A stretch of 64,000 nt of DNA from the NCBI GenBank assembly GCA_965219995.1, contig CBDCOX010000002.1, positions 2,816,001-2,880,000 on the forward strand, in the 5' to 3' direction. Both the position numbers and the translations under genes were made by a program. Origin of the DNA: Candidatus Latescibacterota bacterium (lineage in GTDB: Bacteria; Latescibacterota; UBA2968; GCA-2709665). This document shows positions 27,321 through 37,408 of the stretch, piece after piece (the stretch's first letter is position 1; every line of letters begins with the position of its first letter). The notes under the pieces were generated by a model, which was not told where the DNA came from, searched no databases, and saw only the letters and a list, made by a program, of their open reading frames with translations.

Positions 27321-27671
27321 GCGCACGTCGCGCCTGACCGCGGTTTCTCTCTTCCCGGTCTTCTTCCATCGTACGAAAACGCTGTCGGCTTTCAGCGACT
27401 CCATGACAGTGCCGGCCAGGAGTTCCAACGCTTCGGGGTCCGTCTTCCAGGCCGCAGTCAGGCGTTCCAGGTCTTTCTCGGTAAATCGGACTCCCTGAAG
27501 TACGGCCTTTCGCTTGATGGCCAGGCTGTCGGGCTGTTCCGCGTACCGATGATGCAGTTGGATGACTTCCACGACAACGCGCGCCAGTTGTCGTTCGTCG
27601 AGTTCGGATCCACTCCGGGACGTGCACGCCAGCAGGCCCGGGAACAGGAGCGTGTATAGTACCGGTTTCAT
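27309..27671 (-). CDS. Small putative lipoprotein
   Basis: MKPVLYTLLFPGLLAC lipobox and a helical body. Confidence 0.55.
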   Translation of the reverse strand: MKPVLYTLLFPGLLACTSRSGSELDERQLARVVVEVIQLHHRYAEQPDSLAIKRKAVLQGVRFTEKDLERLTAAWKTDPEALELLAGTVMESLKADSVFVRWKKTGKRETAVRRDVRKKK

Positions 27672-27959
27672 TGCGGAAAAGATATCCGGACGCTGCGGGA
27701 GGGTCAAGGCCAATCAACCAGCAACATCATGGTGTGGGGGAGGACGGTAAGGAAGGGAATCCGCGCCGTCCTGTGAGCGCTGCCGTAACGATGGGACCGG
27801 TGCGGGAGGCGCCCTTCCACAATATCTGGTATCCGCTGTCGCCTGTACTTCTCCATTCCCACCACATTTACCTCTCGGGCGTCGTCGCGACGAAATGTGT
27901 GAATGTGGTCACGGGCTTGTTTTTTTTAGAGATAAGCAGAAAAATCGGTTAGAAATCCC

Positions 27960-28016
27960 TTGACTTTTATATGTCGAGGCCCTAATTTTGGTGGTGGAAA
28001 GTGGTGGAAAGTGGTG
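27960..28016 (+). promoter_or_regulatory. dcw promoter (TTGACT-17-TAATTT) followed by MraZ-binding direct repeats
   Basis: GTGGTGGAAA GTGGTGGAAA GTGGTG at 27991-28016: GTGG boxes with 10-nt periodicity, typical of mraZ leaders. Confidence 0.8.
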
Positions 28017-28189
28017 CATCAGGGAAGATTTGGCAGACTGCGAGAATTTCGCTTGAGCAGAATGAGCCCCGGCACGATAGTCGGGGCTTTTCTCCCGATC
28101 CGGTTCCCGGACAGAGCGAATTCGAAACGCCTTTGTCGCCCCCGCGGATCCTGGCGCCACAGGGCCTCCCAATACTCCGAGTGACGCAC

Positions 28190-28645
28190 ATGCCTGACGA
28201 AATGCCGCTGTTCATCGGAGAATACGAGGAAATTCCCGTCGACAACAAGGGCCGGCTGATTGTCCCCGCCGCCATTCGCCGGGTTTTGCCTACGCATGTC
28301 ACTTCGCTTGTCATCGCAAGGTGGTTTGACGGCTGCCTGGCCGGATTCGATCCCGTAGGTTGGCAGCAGGTCCTGCAGCAGATACGGGACGGGAGCCATA
28401 AGGGCAGGGTGAAGCGGCAGATCGCCCGCTGGGTTATGGGGGGAGCGGCGGAGACCAGAATTGACCGGCAGGGTCGTCTGCTGGTTCCGCGAAAGCTGCT
28501 CGATACGGCGGAAATCGCGGATCGCGCGACGCTCAGTGGGGTGGGCAACAGGATAGAAATCTGGAATCCGGCGCGATACAGCGACGATATGAGTGATGTC
28601 GGCCAGAACCTGGAAGAATTCGCGGAAGACCTCGACATTCTCTGA
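28190..28645 (+). CDS. mraZ: Transcriptional regulator MraZ
   Basis: F.GEY...VDNKGRLIVP, IDRQGRLLVP and G.GNRIEIW. Confidence 0.95.
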   Translation: MPDEMPLFIGEYEEIPVDNKGRLIVPAAIRRVLPTHVTSLVIARWFDGCLAGFDPVGWQQVLQQIRDGSHKGRVKRQIARWVMGGAAETRIDRQGRLLVPRKLLDTAEIADRATLSGVGNRIEIWNPARYSDDMSDVGQNLEEFAEDLDIL

Positions 28646-29585
28646 GTCAGGGCTCGGGGCCGAGGAATTTCACACGCCGGTTATGGCGCCGGAAACGGCC
28701 GGCCGGATCGTTAACGACCCGAACGGCATTTACGTAGACGGGACAGTGGGCGGCGGCGGCCATGCCGAGCATTTGCTGTCGCGGATGGGACGGCAGGGAC
28801 GACTGATCGGGTTGGACCGGGATCCGGAGGCGATCGCGGCCGCTTCCAGTCGCCTGCGCAGGTTTTCCGAGCAGGTGGAATTCGTCCGTACACCTTTCAG
28901 CGAACTGCCGCGGGTTCTGGACGATCTCGGCGTGAAACGGATTTCGGGGGCGCTCTTCGACCTCGGGGTGTCTTCGCATCAGATAGAGGAGCCCTCCCGC
29001 GGCTTCAGTTATCTTCGAAACGGACCGCTGGATATGCGGATGGGGCCCGATGCCGTTCGATCCGCACGGGCGGTCGTGAATACGTATCCCCTCGAAGAAT
29101 TGACCCGGATTTTCATGGAATTCGGCGAGGAGCGTGCGGCGGGCCGGATTGCGCGGGCAATATGCCGGCGGCGGGACCGGAAACCGGTTGAAGAAACATT
29201 GGAATTGGCCGCTCTCATTGCGGAAAGCGCGCGTGGACACCGGACCAGAAAAGCCATGGCCAGGATCTTCCAGTCGATACGCATGGAAGTCAACGGTGAG
29301 ATGGAGCAGCTGCGGGAGACCCTCGATTCGACCATCGGGAGGCTGGTGCAGGGCGGACGGATGGGCGTTCTGTCCTATCACTCGCTGGAAGACCGCGCGG
29401 TGAAGACGGCGTTTCGTTCGGCAGCCCGGGGTTGTGTTTGCCCGCCGAATCTTCCGGTTTGCGGATGCGGACGAGTGCCGCAGATCCATGTCCTGGCACC
29501 TGGCGGCATTCGACCGGAACCGGATGAGCAACGGCGAAACCCGAGGTCCAGGAGCGCCACGCTGCGGATCGCCGAGAGACTGTGA
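28596..29585 (+). CDS. rsmH: 16S rRNA m4C1402 methyltransferase
   Basis: HTPVM, YVDGTVGGGGH, DLGVSS.Q, GPLDMRM, SYHSLEDR and NPRSRSA. Start position uncertain. Confidence 0.95.
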   Translation: MSARTWKNSRKTSTFSESGLGAEEFHTPVMAPETAGRIVNDPNGIYVDGTVGGGGHAEHLLSRMGRQGRLIGLDRDPEAIAAASSRLRRFSEQVEFVRTPFSELPRVLDDLGVKRISGALFDLGVSSHQIEEPSRGFSYLRNGPLDMRMGPDAVRSARAVVNTYPLEELTRIFMEFGEERAAGRIARAICRRRDRKPVEETLELAALIAESARGHRTRKAMARIFQSIRMEVNGEMEQLRETLDSTIGRLVQGGRMGVLSYHSLEDRAVKTAFRSAARGCVCPPNLPVCGCGRVPQIHVLAPGGIRPEPDEQRRNPRSRSATLRIAERL

Positions 29586-29616
29586 AGCCGGGCGTTCGGA
29601 ATAAGAAAAGCCGCGT

Positions 29617-29949
29617 ATGAACACGAATACCGAAGGTAAGACGACGGGGGGGTATCGATACGTCCTCCTCGCCGTGGTGATGATGGTTGCGGGCCTTCTG
29701 GGTTACCTGTGGGCACAGGCACAGACCGTAAGGCAGGGAGACGAGATCGCGCGGCTTCGAACCGCGCATCAGCAGTTGCTCCGTCATCAGGAGCGTCTCC
29801 GGGCAGAAATCTCGGGACTCCGAAAAAGCAGCCGAATCCGGAAAATCGCTACGGTTAAACTCGGGATGGTGTTTCCACAGGGTCCGCCTCAAAACCTGTA
29901 CCTGGACGGACAACCCGGCCGCCAGGCGCTTTCCGGCCACAAAAAATGA
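29617..29949 (+). CDS. ftsL: Cell division protein FtsL-like
   Basis: Single TM plus coiled coil, RIRKIA..KLGM..P; between rsmH and ftsI. Confidence 0.8.
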   Translation: MNTNTEGKTTGGYRYVLLAVVMMVAGLLGYLWAQAQTVRQGDEIARLRTAHQQLLRHQERLRAEISGLRKSSRIRKIATVKLGMVFPQGPPQNLYLDGQPGRQALSGHKK

Positions 29950-29952
29950 ACC

Positions 29953-32049
29953 ATGCGGATTGAAGTGCGCCATATTCGCCGGTTGAGAGCGATCTGCCTG
30001 CTGGGCGGTATCTTCGTACTGGTCCTGGTCTACAGATTGACCGCGCTTCAGGTCTGGACGGGCGACTTCTACAGCGCACGGGCAAAAAGGCAGCACGAAA
30101 AGCCGACGGTGTTGCAGGCGAGCCGCGGTCGAATTCTGGACCGGCAGGGCCGGGTGCTCGCGACAAACCTCGAGGCCCAATCGTTCTTTGTCAACAGAGT
30201 AGCCGAACTGGACAGCCTCCGATCCATCGCGGTGCGATTTTCCGGAAGCGATGGCGAGCAGAACGCCGCCCTCCTGCGACGGCTGAAGAAGAGGCAGTTC
30301 GTCTGGCTGGCTCGAAAGGTCTTAAGCGACCCGCGGCAGGATCCGTTGCCGAAAGGGGTTGGCCGGATTGTCGAGATGAAGCGAACCTATCCGATGGCTG
30401 AGCTTGGTGGGCAGATTCTGGGGTACACCGACATCGACAACCTGGGAATCGAGGGCGTCGAACTGGCTAGCAACTCGCTTCTGCAGGGCAAACACGGAGA
30501 CATGACGTCCAGGCGGGACGCGCGCGGTGAGGCGCTGGGCGCCCTGGGTGTCGTACGCAGAATGCCCGAGGACGGCGAGGATGTCATGTTGACCCTGGAC
30601 GTCGATTACCAGTCGATCGTGGAGGAGGAGCTGGCCGCCGCCGTAACGGAATTCCAGGCGGTGCACGGAATGGCGATCGTCACTTCGCCCCGGACAGGTG
30701 AAATCCTGGCGATGGCCAATGTGCCGCTGTACGATCCCAATCATTTCGGGAAATACGATGCGGCGGTCCGGCGCAACCGCGCGGTAACCGATCTCTTCGA
30801 GCCCGGATCGACGTTCAAGGCGTTCACTGTCGCGGGCGCGCTACAGGAAGGCCTCTGGCGCCGCGAAGATCGGATCTTCTGTGAGTTCGGCCGACTGCAG
30901 ATTCCCGGCGGAGTGATCCGGGACACCCATCCTTGCGGGTGGTTGACGGTACAGCAGGTCGTGGAAGAATCCAGCAACATCGGTACCGTGAAAATCGCCC
31001 GAAAACTGAAACAGGCGGGATTGTACGAATATGTCAGGCTGTTCGGATTCGGTACCAAGACTGCCGTGGATCTGCCGGGTGAAGTACCGGGAAACGTCAA
31101 GAAACCGACACGTTGGTCGGGAAGAACGCTGGCATCGATGGCGATCGGACAGGAAATCGGCGTGACGGCGTTACAGATGGCGATGGCATACGGCGCAATC
31201 GCAAACGGCGGTCGTTTGATGGCGCCGCAAATCTATCGCCGCCGTTCTCCGGACGGCGCCTGGATGTCCGAGCGACCCAATGTGCTGCGCGAGGTCGTTT
31301 CCGAGGAGACGGCAAGGAACGTCGCCGAAATCCTTGAGGGGGTCGTGCTGCGAGGCACGGGCGCAAACGCGGGGGTGCCCGGCTATCGCGTTGCCGGCAA
31401 AACGGGCACCGCGCAGCGGGCAAGAGAAGGCGGGAGGGGCTATGATCCGCATCGGTATATTTCCTCATTTGTCGGATTTCTGCCGGTCGAGCGTGCCGAA
31501 TTCGTGTGTATCGTGGTTGTTGACAGTCCGAAGGGAACTTACTGGGGCAGCAAGGTGGCGGCACCCGTCTTCAGGCGGATCATGAAACGTATCCTGAGTC
31601 TGCGCGACACGGAAATGCGACATCGAGCAGTCATTGAAGCCCGCGAGAGGGAAGATGCGGAAACATCCGCACCGGTCCTGGCGGGACTGCCCGCGAACGT
31701 AGCGAAACGGGTGATGGACCGGCAGGGCTTCAATCCGACGCGGGTTCACGCGGGTGCGACATCGTCGGTAAAGTCACAGGTCCTGTCGACTGAAATCAGG
31801 GAATCCCAGCGGGCGACTGCTTCGGTGGATTCGGCGAAGACCGATGAGTCCGTAGCAATGCCCGATGTTGTGGGGGTTCCCCTGCGCCAGGCTGTGGTAC
31901 AGTTGACCTCTTCGGGGTTGGTGGTAAGCGCCTCGGGTAGCGGAAGCGTCGTTTCGCAGAGTCCCGGCGCCGGGATGCTGGTTGCCCGCGGCACGGCCTG
32001 CAATGTGGTGTGCAGCCCGCGAAAAGCGCCAATTCCGAACGACATGTGA
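29953..32049 (+). CDS. ftsI: Class B penicillin-binding protein (FtsI/PBP3) with PASTA
   Basis: RGRILDR, EPGSTFK (SxxK), SSN, KTGT and a C-terminal MPDVVG PASTA. Confidence 0.93.
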   Translation: MRIEVRHIRRLRAICLLGGIFVLVLVYRLTALQVWTGDFYSARAKRQHEKPTVLQASRGRILDRQGRVLATNLEAQSFFVNRVAELDSLRSIAVRFSGSDGEQNAALLRRLKKRQFVWLARKVLSDPRQDPLPKGVGRIVEMKRTYPMAELGGQILGYTDIDNLGIEGVELASNSLLQGKHGDMTSRRDARGEALGALGVVRRMPEDGEDVMLTLDVDYQSIVEEELAAAVTEFQAVHGMAIVTSPRTGEILAMANVPLYDPNHFGKYDAAVRRNRAVTDLFEPGSTFKAFTVAGALQEGLWRREDRIFCEFGRLQIPGGVIRDTHPCGWLTVQQVVEESSNIGTVKIARKLKQAGLYEYVRLFGFGTKTAVDLPGEVPGNVKKPTRWSGRTLASMAIGQEIGVTALQMAMAYGAIANGGRLMAPQIYRRRSPDGAWMSERPNVLREVVSEETARNVAEILEGVVLRGTGANAGVPGYRVAGKTGTAQRAREGGRGYDPHRYISSFVGFLPVERAEFVCIVVVDSPKGTYWGSKVAAPVFRRIMKRILSLRDTEMRHRAVIEAREREDAETSAPVLAGLPANVAKRVMDRQGFNPTRVHAGATSSVKSQVLSTEIRESQRATASVDSAKTDESVAMPDVVGVPLRQAVVQLTSSGLVVSASGSGSVVSQSPGAGMLVARGTACNVVCSPRKAPIPNDM

Positions 32050-32062
32050 CGAAAGTCACGTT

Positions 32063-33508
32063 ATGAGGATGGTCGACTTCATTTCCCGGGTGCCAGGGGC
32101 ACAATGGCTTCACAGGGGCAATCCATGGGTTACCGGTCTGGCCACGGATTCGCGAAGGGTCCGACCGGGAGATCTGTTCGTCGCCATCAGGGGCGGACAG
32201 CTTCAGGACCGCCATGCGTTCGTGCCTCAGGCCGTGGCTGCGGGGGCCGTGGGAGTGGTGGTCGAAGAACCGGTTGAGGCGGACGTTGCCGTCGTCCGGG
32301 TACCCTCAGCCCGGAAGGCGCTGGGAATACTCGCCGAAAGACTATACGGGTCGCCCTCGCGCAAGCTTCGGATGGTGGGGGTAACGGGAACCAATGGAAA
32401 GACCACGACGGCAATGCTGTTACAGGCGTCACTGGACGCCTCCGCCGGGCCCTGTGGATTGCTCGGCACGGTTGAATACAGACTGGGCCGGCGGAGGATA
32501 CCGTCTGTCATCGGAACGCCTGAAGCCCACGATTTGCACCGATTGCTGAAAGAGATGACGGACAACGGCTGCGATGCGGCCGTGATGGAAGTGACGTCGC
32601 ACGGATTGGCGCTGGACCGTGTACACGGGATCGAATTCAATACGGCGGTATTTACCAATTTTTCGCGGGACCATCTGGATTTTCACGATTCGCTGGAATC
32701 CTATCTGGCCGCAAAGAAGCTGCTCTTTGACAACTTGAATCCGGATGCGCAGGCCGTGGTTAACGCGGACGACGAGGCGACTGACCGCCTCTTGAGCGAC
32801 TGCCGCGCCAGGGTCTTGTCCTTCGGCCGTTCGCCAGGAGCGGATGTACGAATCGCATCCGCGAATGCGGACGGCGGCGGCACGCGGATGGAACTGGAAA
32901 CGCATTGGGGAACCCTGCGTTTTGCGCTGGCGCTTCAGGGCCGTTTCCATCAGATGAACGCCGCGGCTGCAATCGCCGCGGGGCTGGCGATGGATGCGGA
33001 CGTGGAGACGATTGCCGCGTCCATTCGGGACGTACAGGTGCCCGGCCGCTTCGAGAGCGTTCGGGAGGGTCAGGATTTCAGCGTGATTGTGGATTATGCA
33101 CATACTCCCGACGCGCTCGGGAACGTATTGCGGGCGGCCCGCGAGTTTACGGAAGGTCGACTGATCTGCGTGTTTGGATGCGGCGGCGATCGTGACCGCG
33201 GCAAGCGGCCGCAGATGGGACGTATTTCGGCTCGGATGTCCGATCTGACCATTGTGACGTCCGACAATCCCAGAACCGAAGACCCGGAGTCGATTCTCAG
33301 AGATATACTGACGGGTGTTGGACACGCTGACTATCGGGTCGAAGTTGACCGGCGGAAGGCGATTGCACTGGCCGTTGAATCTGCTTCGGCCGGCGACCTC
33401 GTCGTCATCGCCGGCAAGGGACATGAGAATTATCAGGATTTCGGAGTACAGAAGGTCCACTTCGACGACCGGCAGGTGGCGCGGGACGTCCTGAGGGGTC
33501 GCAATTAG
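32063..33508 (+). CDS. murE: UDP-MurNAc-tripeptide synthetase (DNPR, meso-DAP type)
   Basis: GVTGTNGKTT, MEVTSH, DHLDFH, VDYAHTPD, DNPR and AGKGHE. Confidence 0.96.
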   Translation: MRMVDFISRVPGAQWLHRGNPWVTGLATDSRRVRPGDLFVAIRGGQLQDRHAFVPQAVAAGAVGVVVEEPVEADVAVVRVPSARKALGILAERLYGSPSRKLRMVGVTGTNGKTTTAMLLQASLDASAGPCGLLGTVEYRLGRRRIPSVIGTPEAHDLHRLLKEMTDNGCDAAVMEVTSHGLALDRVHGIEFNTAVFTNFSRDHLDFHDSLESYLAAKKLLFDNLNPDAQAVVNADDEATDRLLSDCRARVLSFGRSPGADVRIASANADGGGTRMELETHWGTLRFALALQGRFHQMNAAAAIAAGLAMDADVETIAASIRDVQVPGRFESVREGQDFSVIVDYAHTPDALGNVLRAAREFTEGRLICVFGCGGDRDRGKRPQMGRISARMSDLTIVTSDNPRTEDPESILRDILTGVGHADYRVEVDRRKAIALAVESASAGDLVVIAGKGHENYQDFGVQKVHFDDRQVARDVLRGRN

Positions 33509-33573
33509 CCCTTGGCGGGGCGCCGAACGCCCGCGGGATCGAGACTGGCAGATCGTCACCCGGAACGCGGAAT

Positions 33574-34998
33574 ATGGAAGGAATGACACTGGCGGAAGCG
33601 GCGGCGGTAATGGACGGAGCGTTGGTCGGCGCCGTCGATCCGGCAATCTGTCCGACGGGTGGGTGCATCGATACGCGGGTGTTGAACGCGGGCGAGTTGT
33701 TCTTCGCGATCGAGGGAGAGCGCGAAGACGGAAACCGGGATGGGCATCAATTTGTGGACGACGCCCTGAATAAAGGGGCGGCGGCGGCTGTCGTATCACG
33801 ACAGTGGGCCAAAGACCGGAATTCCCGAAGACGACCCGGAACGCTGATCGTCGTCGAGACTCCGGGCCTCGCGCTGGGCGCTCTCGGCAGCGCGTACCGC
33901 CGGCGATTTCGGATTCCGGTGGTGGGCATTACCGGAAGCAGTGGGAAGACAACGACCAAGGACATGGCGGCCGCTGTGTTGAGCACCCGGTACCGGGTGC
34001 TGTCCACGGAAGGCAACCTGAACAACAGGCTTGGGGTCCCACTGACTATGCTGCGGCTTTCAGACGACCACGAAGCCGCGGTCGTTGAACTGGGGATCAG
34101 CGAACACGGCGGTTTGAAATACCTGTGCCAAATTGCCGATCCGACAATCGGCGTGATTACAAATATTGGACCTGCACACCTTGAGTTTTTAGGCTCTGTA
34201 GAGGGGGTGGCCAAAGCCAAAGGGGAACTCCTGGATCATCTTGAAGAGTCTTCAATGGCTATCTTGAATCTCGATAACCTGTACGTGTCCAAGGAGCGAG
34301 CAAGACTAAAGGGGAGACTCCTGGGCTTTGGTATCGAGAAGATATGTCAGTTTCGTGGGGAGGGACTTGTCATAGACCAGGAGGGCTGCGGTCATTTCTC
34401 TCTGCAGGGCTGTTTTTTTCATCTGGCTGTACCCGGCCGGCACCAGGTGTATAACGCACTGGCAGCGGTGGCGGTGGGTGCGGCGCTGGATGTGCCCGTT
34501 GAACACGCCGCACGAGCACTTGGTGAATTTCGCCCTTCGAAGCTGCGGGGCCAGGTGGTCGAACGGGATGGAATCCGGCTGTTGAACGATTCGTACAATG
34601 CCAACCCAGCCTCAATGCGGGCGGCTCTGGAAACGTTGGCGCAGATGTCCGTCACGGGCGTCGGACGGCGGGTAGCTGTGCTGGGCGACATGCTTGAACT
34701 GGGCGCGTCCGCCGTCCAAAGCCACCGGCGCCTGGGTCTGCTTGCGGCCGGACTCGGAATCGACGCCGTATTCGCGTTCGGCGAGATGTCGGCGTACGTA
34801 TCTGAAGGCGGCGTATCGGGTGGTCTTTCACCGAAGCGGTCACAGGCATTCATGGACCGTGATACCCTGGTGGCTAGGCTCAGGGCTTTTCTCAAACCCG
34901 GCGATCTGGTTCTGATGAAGGGGTCGCGCGGACTGGCAATGGAAACAACAGCCGAAGCGCTGGGGTTTGAAACGAAACCGTCAGAAATGGGCGGCTGA
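33574..34998 (+). CDS. murF: UDP-MurNAc-pentapeptide synthetase
   Basis: GITGSSGKTTTK, NLNNRLGVP, DSYNANP, LGDMLELG and KGSRG. Confidence 0.96.
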   Translation: MEGMTLAEAAAVMDGALVGAVDPAICPTGGCIDTRVLNAGELFFAIEGEREDGNRDGHQFVDDALNKGAAAAVVSRQWAKDRNSRRRPGTLIVVETPGLALGALGSAYRRRFRIPVVGITGSSGKTTTKDMAAAVLSTRYRVLSTEGNLNNRLGVPLTMLRLSDDHEAAVVELGISEHGGLKYLCQIADPTIGVITNIGPAHLEFLGSVEGVAKAKGELLDHLEESSMAILNLDNLYVSKERARLKGRLLGFGIEKICQFRGEGLVIDQEGCGHFSLQGCFFHLAVPGRHQVYNALAAVAVGAALDVPVEHAARALGEFRPSKLRGQVVERDGIRLLNDSYNANPASMRAALETLAQMSVTGVGRRVAVLGDMLELGASAVQSHRRLGLLAAGLGIDAVFAFGEMSAYVSEGGVSGGLSPKRSQAFMDRDTLVARLRAFLKPGDLVLMKGSRGLAMETTAEALGFETKPSEMGG

Positions 34999-35122
34999 CG
35001 ACGTTTCGATCCTGTACGTCGGGAGTCTGCAGCTTCTGAAATCTGGTCCTGAATTCACAATCCCGTTCCTTGATCCCAAGCCGGTCTCCGTATCGGGATC
35101 TCGTTTCCGATAAGCTGAATCA

Positions 35123-36298
35123 ATGACGACCGCAGGCAAAGAACGTCAGACCTATCTGCTGATGTTGCTGGTGATCGGGCTGGTTGGATTCGGCCTCGTG
35201 ATGGTGTATAGCGCCAGCACGGCCCTGGGTCAGGTGCGGTTCGAGAGCGGCCACTTTTTCCTGAAGCGGTGGGCGGTCCGCACGGTGGTCGGTCTCGTGG
35301 CGATGCTTTTGATTATGCGGGTGGACTATCGCTTCTGGGCACGATTTGCCCGGGTGTTGCTGGCCATCGGTTTTCTGGGATTGGCGGTTGTCCTGGTCTT
35401 CAAACTGGCCGGCATCGGCAAGGTGCGTGGCGCATACCGGTGGATACCGTTGCCGGGAGGCACGCTGCAGCCCTCGGATCTGATGCGTCTCGCGCTGGTC
35501 GTTTACCTGGCGGAGTCGCTTAGCAGGCGCCAGGGTCTGGTAAAAGACCTCGTTCAGGGTTATCTCCCGCATATCGCCATCATCGGCGCCGCAATGGGAA
35601 TGGTCATGCTTCAGCCGGACCTGGGAACGGCACTGGCGATTGGACTGACATGCACGCTGATGTTGTATCTGGCCGGTGTGCGGGTAAAGCACCTGGCCGG
35701 AACGGGGATGGTGCTGCTGCCGTTATTGTATATCGTCGTATTTGTTCTGGGATATCGAAAGGAACGGATGATGACGTTCCTGAGTCCGACGGACGACGTA
35801 CAGGGCGCCGGTTATCATGTGATGCAGTCTCTGCTGGCGCTTGGGAGTGGTGGATGGACGGGCGTGGGGCTCGGACAGAGTCTGCAGAAATATTTCTTTT
35901 TGCCGGAGCCGCATACCGACTTCGTGTTCAGCATCGTGGGCGAGGAACTCGGATTGGCCGGCACCGCCGGCCTGGTGGCCTGTTTCCTTCTCATCGCCCG
36001 CTGCGGTTTTCAGATCGCCCGTCGCGCGCCGGACCTGCACGGGTTCTTTCTGGCGTCAGGCATTACATTCATGATTCTGGTTTACGCGCTCGTGAACATG
36101 GGCGTATGCACGGGACTGGTACCTGCCACCGGACTTCCCCTGCCGTTCATCAGTTACGGCGGGTCTTCTCTGCTATTCACGTTGCTTGCCGTTGGAATTC
36201 TGATCAACATCGGGCGGCGCGGCGCGGCCGACCCGGGAACGCTTCCCCAACGTACCGGTACCGTCAGAATGTACAGGATGGGAGATCGCAGGATCTGA
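35123..36298 (+). CDS. ftsW: SEDS peptidoglycan polymerase FtsW
   Basis: MVYSAS, QPSD, QPDLG, LPEPHTDFVFS..GEE.G and LPFISYGGSS. Confidence 0.95.
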   Translation: MTTAGKERQTYLLMLLVIGLVGFGLVMVYSASTALGQVRFESGHFFLKRWAVRTVVGLVAMLLIMRVDYRFWARFARVLLAIGFLGLAVVLVFKLAGIGKVRGAYRWIPLPGGTLQPSDLMRLALVVYLAESLSRRQGLVKDLVQGYLPHIAIIGAAMGMVMLQPDLGTALAIGLTCTLMLYLAGVRVKHLAGTGMVLLPLLYIVVFVLGYRKERMMTFLSPTDDVQGAGYHVMQSLLALGSGGWTGVGLGQSLQKYFFLPEPHTDFVFSIVGEELGLAGTAGLVACFLLIARCGFQIARRAPDLHGFFLASGITFMILVYALVNMGVCTGLVPATGLPLPFISYGGSSLLFTLLAVGILINIGRRGAADPGTLPQRTGTVRMYRMGDRRI

Positions 36299-37404
36299 TG
36301 CCATTACGCCTGTTATTTGCCGTTACCCTGACCGGCGGCCACACGATACCCGCACTTGGCGTGGCGGCCGCGGTTCGTCAGAGGCGCCCGGATACGGTGA
36401 TCAGATTCGTCGGTGTTGCCCGAGGCGTCGAGGCCCGGCTGGTTCCGCGCGCCGGCTATGTCCTGGAGACGTTGCCGGTTATCGGTCTAAAACGCCAATT
36501 GCATCTGGATCTGCTGCAATTCCCGTGGTTGCTCCTGAAGGCCCTCTGTTCCGCTGTACGCATCCTCGTTTTCTATCATCCGCATGCGGTAATCTGTACC
36601 GGCGGGCATGTGGGCGGGCCGGTGGGCGTCGCCGCACGGCTGCTTGGTATTCCGCTGGTGCTGCACGAGTCGAACAATTTCCCCGGTCTCACCGTTCGCC
36701 TGCTCTCCCGCGCAGCCAGGCAGGTCTACCTGGCATTCGAAGGCGCGCGGCGACGCGTGGGCGGGCGTGAGAGATTCGTCGTGGGCAACCCGATCCGGGA
36801 TGGATGGCGGCGTGTAGACAGGAACACGGCTCGCCGGCGGTTTGGTCTGGACGTTGACCGGACCACGCTTCTTGTCATTGGAGGCAGCCAGGGTTCAATG
36901 GGAATCAACCGCGCAGTGGCGGAAGCGCTGCCGGTATTGACCGAACGCGGCTATCAGATTCTCTGGCAGACCGGCAGTGTGGGTTACGATGCAGCGGCAT
37001 CCGCGGCTCGCCCCTGCGGAGACCGCGTCGTCGTGAGGGGATTTATCGACGACATGGCGGGCGCCTACAGCGCGGCGGACCTCGCCCTGTCCCGGGCGGG
37101 CGCCATTACAGTAACCGAAATGACACATTTGGGTGTGCCCGCATTGATGGTGCCTTTGCCGCTCGCGACCGAGAACCATCAGGAATTCAATGCCCGTGCT
37201 GTTGTGCGAGCCGGAGCTGCGAGGATGGTGCTCGAATCGGAACTGAGCGGGGACAGGCTGGTAGAGGAGGTTATCGGGATGGTCGATTCGAACGGCCTTC
37301 TTTCGGAAATGGCCCGTTGCAGCCGCGATCTGGCCATTCCGGACGCGGCCGCGCGGATGGTGGTTGGAATGGCGCGAAGCGGACTCCTGCGTGGTGAGCG
37401 ATAG
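36298..37404 (+). CDS. murG: Undecaprenyl-PP-MurNAc-pentapeptide GlcNAc transferase
   Basis: TGGH, HE.N..PG, GNPIR, GGSQG, SRAGA and HQEFNA; TGATG overlap with ftsW. Confidence 0.94.
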   Translation: MPLRLLFAVTLTGGHTIPALGVAAAVRQRRPDTVIRFVGVARGVEARLVPRAGYVLETLPVIGLKRQLHLDLLQFPWLLLKALCSAVRILVFYHPHAVICTGGHVGGPVGVAARLLGIPLVLHESNNFPGLTVRLLSRAARQVYLAFEGARRRVGGRERFVVGNPIRDGWRRVDRNTARRRFGLDVDRTTLLVIGGSQGSMGINRAVAEALPVLTERGYQILWQTGSVGYDAAASAARPCGDRVVVRGFIDDMAGAYSAADLALSRAGAITVTEMTHLGVPALMVPLPLATENHQEFNARAVVRAGAARMVLESELSGDRLVEEVIGMVDSNGLLSEMARCSRDLAIPDAAARMVVGMARSGLLRGER

Positions 37405-37408
37405 CCGC

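Noticed and set aside
27991-28016. Tandem 10-mer repeat as a novel element
   Set aside because: Explained by known MraZ operator repeats.
35650-36297. N-terminal extensions in the ORF track for murG (also rplS, uppS, ffh, aspartate aminotransferase and E1 beta)
   Set aside because: Artefacts of first-start calling. Conserved N-termini, RBSs and stop/start overlaps indicate the later starts used here.
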